Source: the human T2T-CHM13v2.0 reference genome, Homo sapiens
Direction: 5' to 3' (one strand)
DNA: 64,000 nt
Assembly: GCF_009914755.1 (NCBI RefSeq)
Contig: NC_060946.1
Shown in pieces: positions 58,301-64,000 of the stretch. Each line of letters opens with the position of its first letter. The first letter of the stretch is position 1. The notes under the pieces were generated by a model. That model had not been told where the DNA came from. It did no database searches and worked only from the letters and a program-made list of their open reading frames with translations. The position numbers and the translations under genes are program-made.

Positions 58301-61300
58301 ATTCCAATCCACTCCACTCCATTCCACTCTACTCCACTAAACTAAACTCTACTCCACTCCATTTCATTCCATTCTTCACATTTCCACTCCATTCCACTCC
58401 ACTCCTCTCCATTCCATTCCATCCCATTCCATTCCATTCCATCCCTTTCCATTCCACTCCATTCCACTCCACTCCACTCCACCCCACAGCACTCCATTCC
58501 ACTCCATTGCATTCCATTCCATAACAATCCATACCATTCCGTTCCATTCCACTCCAGTCCACTCCACTGCACTGCATTCCGTTACATTCCTTTCTAAATC
58601 CATTCCATTATATTCCATTCTAAATCCGTTCCATTATATTCCATTCTAAATCCGTTCCATTCCCTTCCTTTCTTTCAACAGGATCTCACTCTCTCACCCA
58701 GGCTGGAGTGCAGTGTGTAATCTCAGCTCACATTTCATTTCAGCATTCCATTCTATTCTGTTCCATTGCATTTCATTCCACTCCACTCCACTACCCTCCG
58801 TTCAATTCCATTCCTTCCCATTCCATTCCACTCCACTCCATTCTACTCCACTCCACTGCATTCATTTCCATTCCATCCCTTTTCATTCCACTCCATTCCA
58901 CTCCACTCCACTCCATTTCGCCGCATTCCATTTGATTCCATTCCATTCATTTCCATTCCGTTGCATTTGAATCCATTCAATTCCATTCGATTCCATTCCA
59001 TTCAATTCCATTCCATTCCCTTCGATACCATTCCATTGCATTCCATTCCATTCCATTCCGTTCCATTCCATTCCATTCCATTCCACTCCATTCCATTTCG
59101 TTCGATTCCATTCCACTCCACTCCACTCTACTCCACTCCACTCAACTCCATTCCACTCCACTCCGTTCCACTGCACTACCTTCCATTCCACTCAAATCCA
59201 CTTCACTCCACTCCTCTCCTTTCCATTCCATTTCATTCTACACCTTTCCACTCGACTCCACTCTACTCCACTCCACTCCAGTCCACTCCATTCCACACCA
59301 CTCCATTCCACTCGATTTCACTGCACTCCAATCCACTCCACTCAACTTCCCTCCACTCCACTCCTCTCCATTCCATTCCATTTCTTTCTACACCTTTCCA
59401 CTCCACTCCACTCCACTGTACTCTGTTCCTTTCCATCCCATTCCATTCTACTCGATTCCACTCCACTCCACGCCACTCCACTCCACTCCATTCCATGGCA
59501 TTGCATAATTATCCAAACCACTCCATTCCACTCCACACCAATCCACTCCACGCCACTCCACTCCACTCCATTCCATTACATTCCATTCTAAATCCATTAT
59601 ATTCCATTCCTTTCTTTTGACGCGATCTCACTGCATCAGCCAGGTTGGAGTGCAGTGCACAATCTGAGCTCACGTTTCCTTTCACCATTCCATTCCATTC
59701 CATTCCGTTGCATTCCATTCCACTCCACTCCACTCCACTCTGTTCAATTCCATTCCTTCCCAGTCCATTCCACTCCACTCCATTCCACTCCACTGCACTC
59801 TACTTCATTCAATTCCATTCCACCCCATTCCTTTTGACTCCAATTCCCTCCACTCCACTCCACTTCACCACATTTCTTTCGAATCCATTCGATGCCATTC
59901 AATTCCATTCCATTCGTTTCCATTCCATTGCATTCCATTCCATTCCATTCCATTCCATTCTATTCCATTCCATTCCATTCCATTCCATTGAATTCTGTTC
60001 CATTCGATTCCATTCCATTCCATTCTCTTCCATTCCACTCCACTCTATTCCATTCCACTCTATTTCACTTCACTCCACTCCACTCCACTCTGCTCCATTC
60101 CAGTCCACTCCACTCCACTCCTCTTTATTCCACTCCACTCCTCTCCATTCAACTCCACTTCATTCCACTCCATTCCATTCCACTACACTCAACTCCCCTC
60201 CACTTCACTCCACTCCACTATATTCCATTCCATTCCATTCTACACCTTTCCACTCCACTCCACTATTCTCCGTTCCATTCCATCCCATTCCATTCCACTC
60301 CATTCCACTCCACTCCACCCCACTCCACTCCACTCCACTCCACTCCATTCCATTGCATTCCATAACAATCCATACCACTCAATTCCACTACACTCTACTC
60401 CACTCCACTCCATTCCATTGCATTACATAACAATCCATACCACTCAATTCCACTCCACTCTACTCCACTCCACTCCACTCCACTCCATTACCTTACATTC
60501 CATTATAAATCCATTCCATTCCATTCCTTTCTTTCGACGGAATCTCACTCTGTCACCCAGGCTGGAGTGCAGTGCACAATCTCAGCTCACATTTCATTTC
60601 ACCATTCCATTCCATTCCATTCCATTCAATTCCATTCCATTTCATTCCATTCCATTCCTTTCCACTCCACTCCACCCCACCCCACTCCACTCCATTCCAC
60701 TCCACTCCATTCCACTACAGTCCATTCCACACTATTCCACTACACTCCATTCCACTCCATTCCATTCCATTGCACTCCACTCCACTCCACTCCACTCAAC
60801 TCCATTCCATTCCATTCCATTCCATTGCACTCCACTCCACTCCACTCAACTCCATTCCATTCCATTCTACACATTTCCTCTCCATTCCACTCCATTCCAT
60901 TCCATCCCATTCCATTCCACTCCATTCCAGTCCTCTCCATTCCACCCCTCTCCACTCCACTCCACTCCATTCCATTCCATAACAATCCATACCACTCCAT
61001 TACACTGCACTCCACTCCACTCCAGGCCACTCCACTCCACTCCATTCCATTCTAAATCTATTCCATTCCATTCCTTTTGACTGGTTCTCACTCTATCACC
61101 CAGGCTGCACTGCAGTGCACAATCTCAGCTCACATTTCATTTCACCATTCCATTCCATTCCATTCCATTCCATTCCATTCCACTCCACTCCACTCCACTC
61201 CGGTCAAATCCCTTCCTTCCCATTCCATTCCACTCCATTCCATTCCAATACATTCTGTTCCATTCCATTCCAGTCCATTCCATTCCATTCCACTCCATTG

Positions 61301-64000
61301 AAGTCCAATCCATTCCACTTCACCGCATTCCATTCGATTCCATTTGATGTCATTTGATTCCATTTGATTTGATTCCATTCGAATCCATTCATTCCATTCG
61401 ATTCCATTCAATTCCGTTCGACTCAATTCCATTCAATTCCATTTGATTCGATTCAATTCGATTCCATTCGATTCCATTCCATTGCATTCCACTCCACTGC
61501 ACTCCACTCCATTCCACACCATTCCATTCCACTCCATTCCACTCCACTCCATTCCAGTCCATTTTATTCCATTCCTTTCTTTCTAAATCCATTCCATTGC
61601 ATTCCTTTCTTTTGACAGGATCTCACTCTCTCACCCAGACTGGAGTGCAGTGCACAATCTCAGCTCACATTTCATTTCACCATTCCATGCCATTCCATTC
61701 CATTGCATTCCATTCCATTCCATTCCATTCCATTCCATTCCATTCCATTCCATTCCAATCCATTGCATTCCATTCCATTCCACTCCACTGCACTCAATTC
61801 CACTCCACTCCATTCCATTCGTTTCCGCTCCATTCCACACCACTCCACTCCACTACACTCCCTTTCATTCCAATCGACTCCACTCCATTCCACTAAACTC
61901 CACTCTACTCCACTCCACTCCATTTCACTCCAATCCATTCCACTCAACTCCACTCTACTCCACTCCACTCCATTTCACTCCACTCAATTCCACTCCACTC
62001 AATTCCACTCCTGTCCACTCCATTCCATTCCATTCTATACATTTCCACTCCATTCCACTCCACTCCTCTCCATTCCATTCCATCCCATTCCATTCCACTC
62101 CATTCCACTCCACTCCCCTATACTCCACTCCACAGCAGTCCATTCCACTCCATTGCATTCCATTCCATTACAATCCATACCATTCCGTTCCACTAAACTC
62201 CAGTCAATTCCACTCCACTCCACTCCACTGCACTCCATTCCATTTCATTCCATTCTAAATCCATTCCAATATATTCCATTCTAAATCTATTCCATTATAT
62301 TCCATTCTAAATCCATTCCATTCACTTCCTTTCTTTCAACAGGATCTCACTGTCTCACCCTTGCTTTAGTGCAGTGCGCAATCTCAGCTCACGTTTCAAT
62401 TCACCATTCCATTCGATTATGTTCCATTGCATTTCATTGCACTCCACTCCACTACCCTCCATTCAATTCCTTTCCTTCCCATTCCATTCCACTCCACTCC
62501 ATTCTACTCCACTCCACTTCATTCAATTCCATTCCTTCCCATTCCATTCCACTCCACTCCATTCTACTCCACTCCACGCCATTCATTTCCATTCTATCCC
62601 TCTTCATTCCACTCCATTCCACTCCACTCCACTCCATTTCACCTCATTCCATTCGATTCCATTAAATTCCTTTCCATTCCATTTCATTTGAATTCATTCA
62701 TTTCCGTTCGATTCCAATCCATTCGATTCCATTCCATTCCCTTCAATTCCATTCCATTGCATTCCATTCCATTCCACTCCATTCCATTTCGTTCTATTCC
62801 ATTCCACTCCACTACACTATACTCCATTCCACTCCACTCCATTCCACAGCACTACCATCCATTCCACTCAAATCCACTCCACTCCACTCCTCTCCTTTCC
62901 ATTCCATTCCATTCTACACATTTCCACTCCACTCCACTCCAGTCCACTCCATTCCACACCACTCCATTCCACTCCATTTCACTGCACTCTTATCAACTCC
63001 ACTCAACTGCCCTCCACTCCACTCCTCTCCATTCCATTCCATTTCTTTCTACACCTTTCCACTCCACTCGACTCCACTCTACTCTGTTCCATTCCATCCC
63101 ATTCCATTCCACTGGATTCCACTCCACTCCACGCCACTCCACTCCACTCCATTCAATTCCATTTCATAACTATCCAAACCAATCCATTCCACTCCACACC
63201 AATCCACTCCACGCCACTCCACTCCAACCCACTCCATTCCATTACATTCAATTCTAAATCCTTTCTATTCCATTCCTTTCTTTTGACACAATCTCACTGT
63301 GTCACCTAGGTTGGAATGCAGTGCACAATCTGAGCTCACATTCCATTTCACCATTCCATGCCATTCCATTCCATTGCATTCCATTCCACTCCACTCCACT
63401 CCATTCAATTCCATTCCTTCCCAGTCCATTCCACTCCACTCCATTCCACTCCACTGCACTCTACTTCATTCAATTCCATTCCACCCCATTCTTTTTGACT
63501 CCATTCCACTCCACTCCACTTCACCACATTTCATTCGAATCCATTCAATGCCATTCGATTCCATTCCATTCGATTCCATTCGATTCCATTCCATTCGATT
63601 CAATTCCATTCCATCCCTTTGAGTTATGTTCCATACGATTCCATTCCATTCCATTACCTTCCATTACATTCCACTCCATTCCACTCCACTCCCTTCCACT
63701 CCACTCCGCTCCATTCCAGTCCATTCCAATCCACTCCACTTCATCTCACTCCATTCCATTCAATGCCATTCCACTCCATTGCATTATATTCCACTCCATT
63801 TCATTCTACTCCACTCTACTCCATTCCACTCCAATCCAATCCACTCCAATCCACTCCACTCCAGTCCACTCCATTCCATCCCATTCCAGTCCATTGCACT
63901 CCATTCCATTACATTCCACTCCACTCATTGCATTCCACTCCATTCAACTCCGCTGAACTCCACTCCACTCCAATCCACTCCATTCCATTCCAAATCCATT
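46309..64000 (+). repeat. HSat3-type satellite, (CATTC/CACTC)n with HSat2-like CGATT blocks; runs off the window end
   Basis: Continuous pentamer array with C-rich strand on +, abrupt start after acggcgaa. Confidence 0.97.
46728..63340 (-). repeat. 24 co-amplified ~55-bp Alu 3'-end fragments embedded in the satellite
   Basis: Consensus gacaggatctcactctgtcacccaggctggagtgcagtgcacaatctcagctcac at about 46728, 47455, 48482, 48969, 49934, 50509, 51091, 51804, 52041, 52567, 53164, 53842, 54804, 55888, 56967, 57464, 58073, 58677, 59619, 60536, 61079, 61614, 62338, 63285. Confidence 0.95.

Noticed and set aside
46728-63340. Regularly interspersed conserved motif resembling a CRISPR array
   Set aside because: The motif is an Alu fragment, the intervening sequences are long related satellite monomers, and there are no cas genes in this human DNA.
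46272-63956. Many long ORFs (up to 456 aa; HSIPFHSTP / MEWNG repeats)
   Set aside because: They are artefacts of stop-poor pentamer satellite and show no coding signature.
56967-64000. Identity with the ~3.56 kb DYZ1 unit
   Set aside because: Only the length is similar. As I recall DYZ1 has no periodic Alu fragment and is more homogeneous than this CACTC-rich array.

Overview
Human genomic DNA at a pericentromeric segmental-duplication/satellite junction; the species call rests on an L1 with human-specific pre-Ta diagnostic bases. There is no intact protein-coding gene. Bases 1-46,308 are an AT-rich, TE-dense duplicon mosaic (L1, L2, Alu, MIR, MaLR/ERV solo LTRs, Tigger/hAT MITEs). A roughly 2.7 kb GC-richer block inside it carries a decayed KSR1 exon-1 fragment and is bracketed by a 1.2 kb (CATTT)n array and a 0.67 kb 22-bp GC-rich array (GCGGCGGCGGGGGCAAAAAGCC). 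A young L1 with a twin-priming 5' inversion lies at 9.67-10.96 kb. From about 46,309 to the end is an HSat3-type (CATTC/CACTC)n array that is really a composite: I count 24 co-amplified copies of one ~55-bp antisense AluJ-type fragment. These copies mark 0.24-1.08 kb monomers organised into ~0.97, ~2.06 and ~3.6 kb higher-order duplications, and most of them form a 3' splice-site-like sequence. Repeat family names come from recognition by eye, not from a database search. The chromosome cannot be assigned from the sequence alone.
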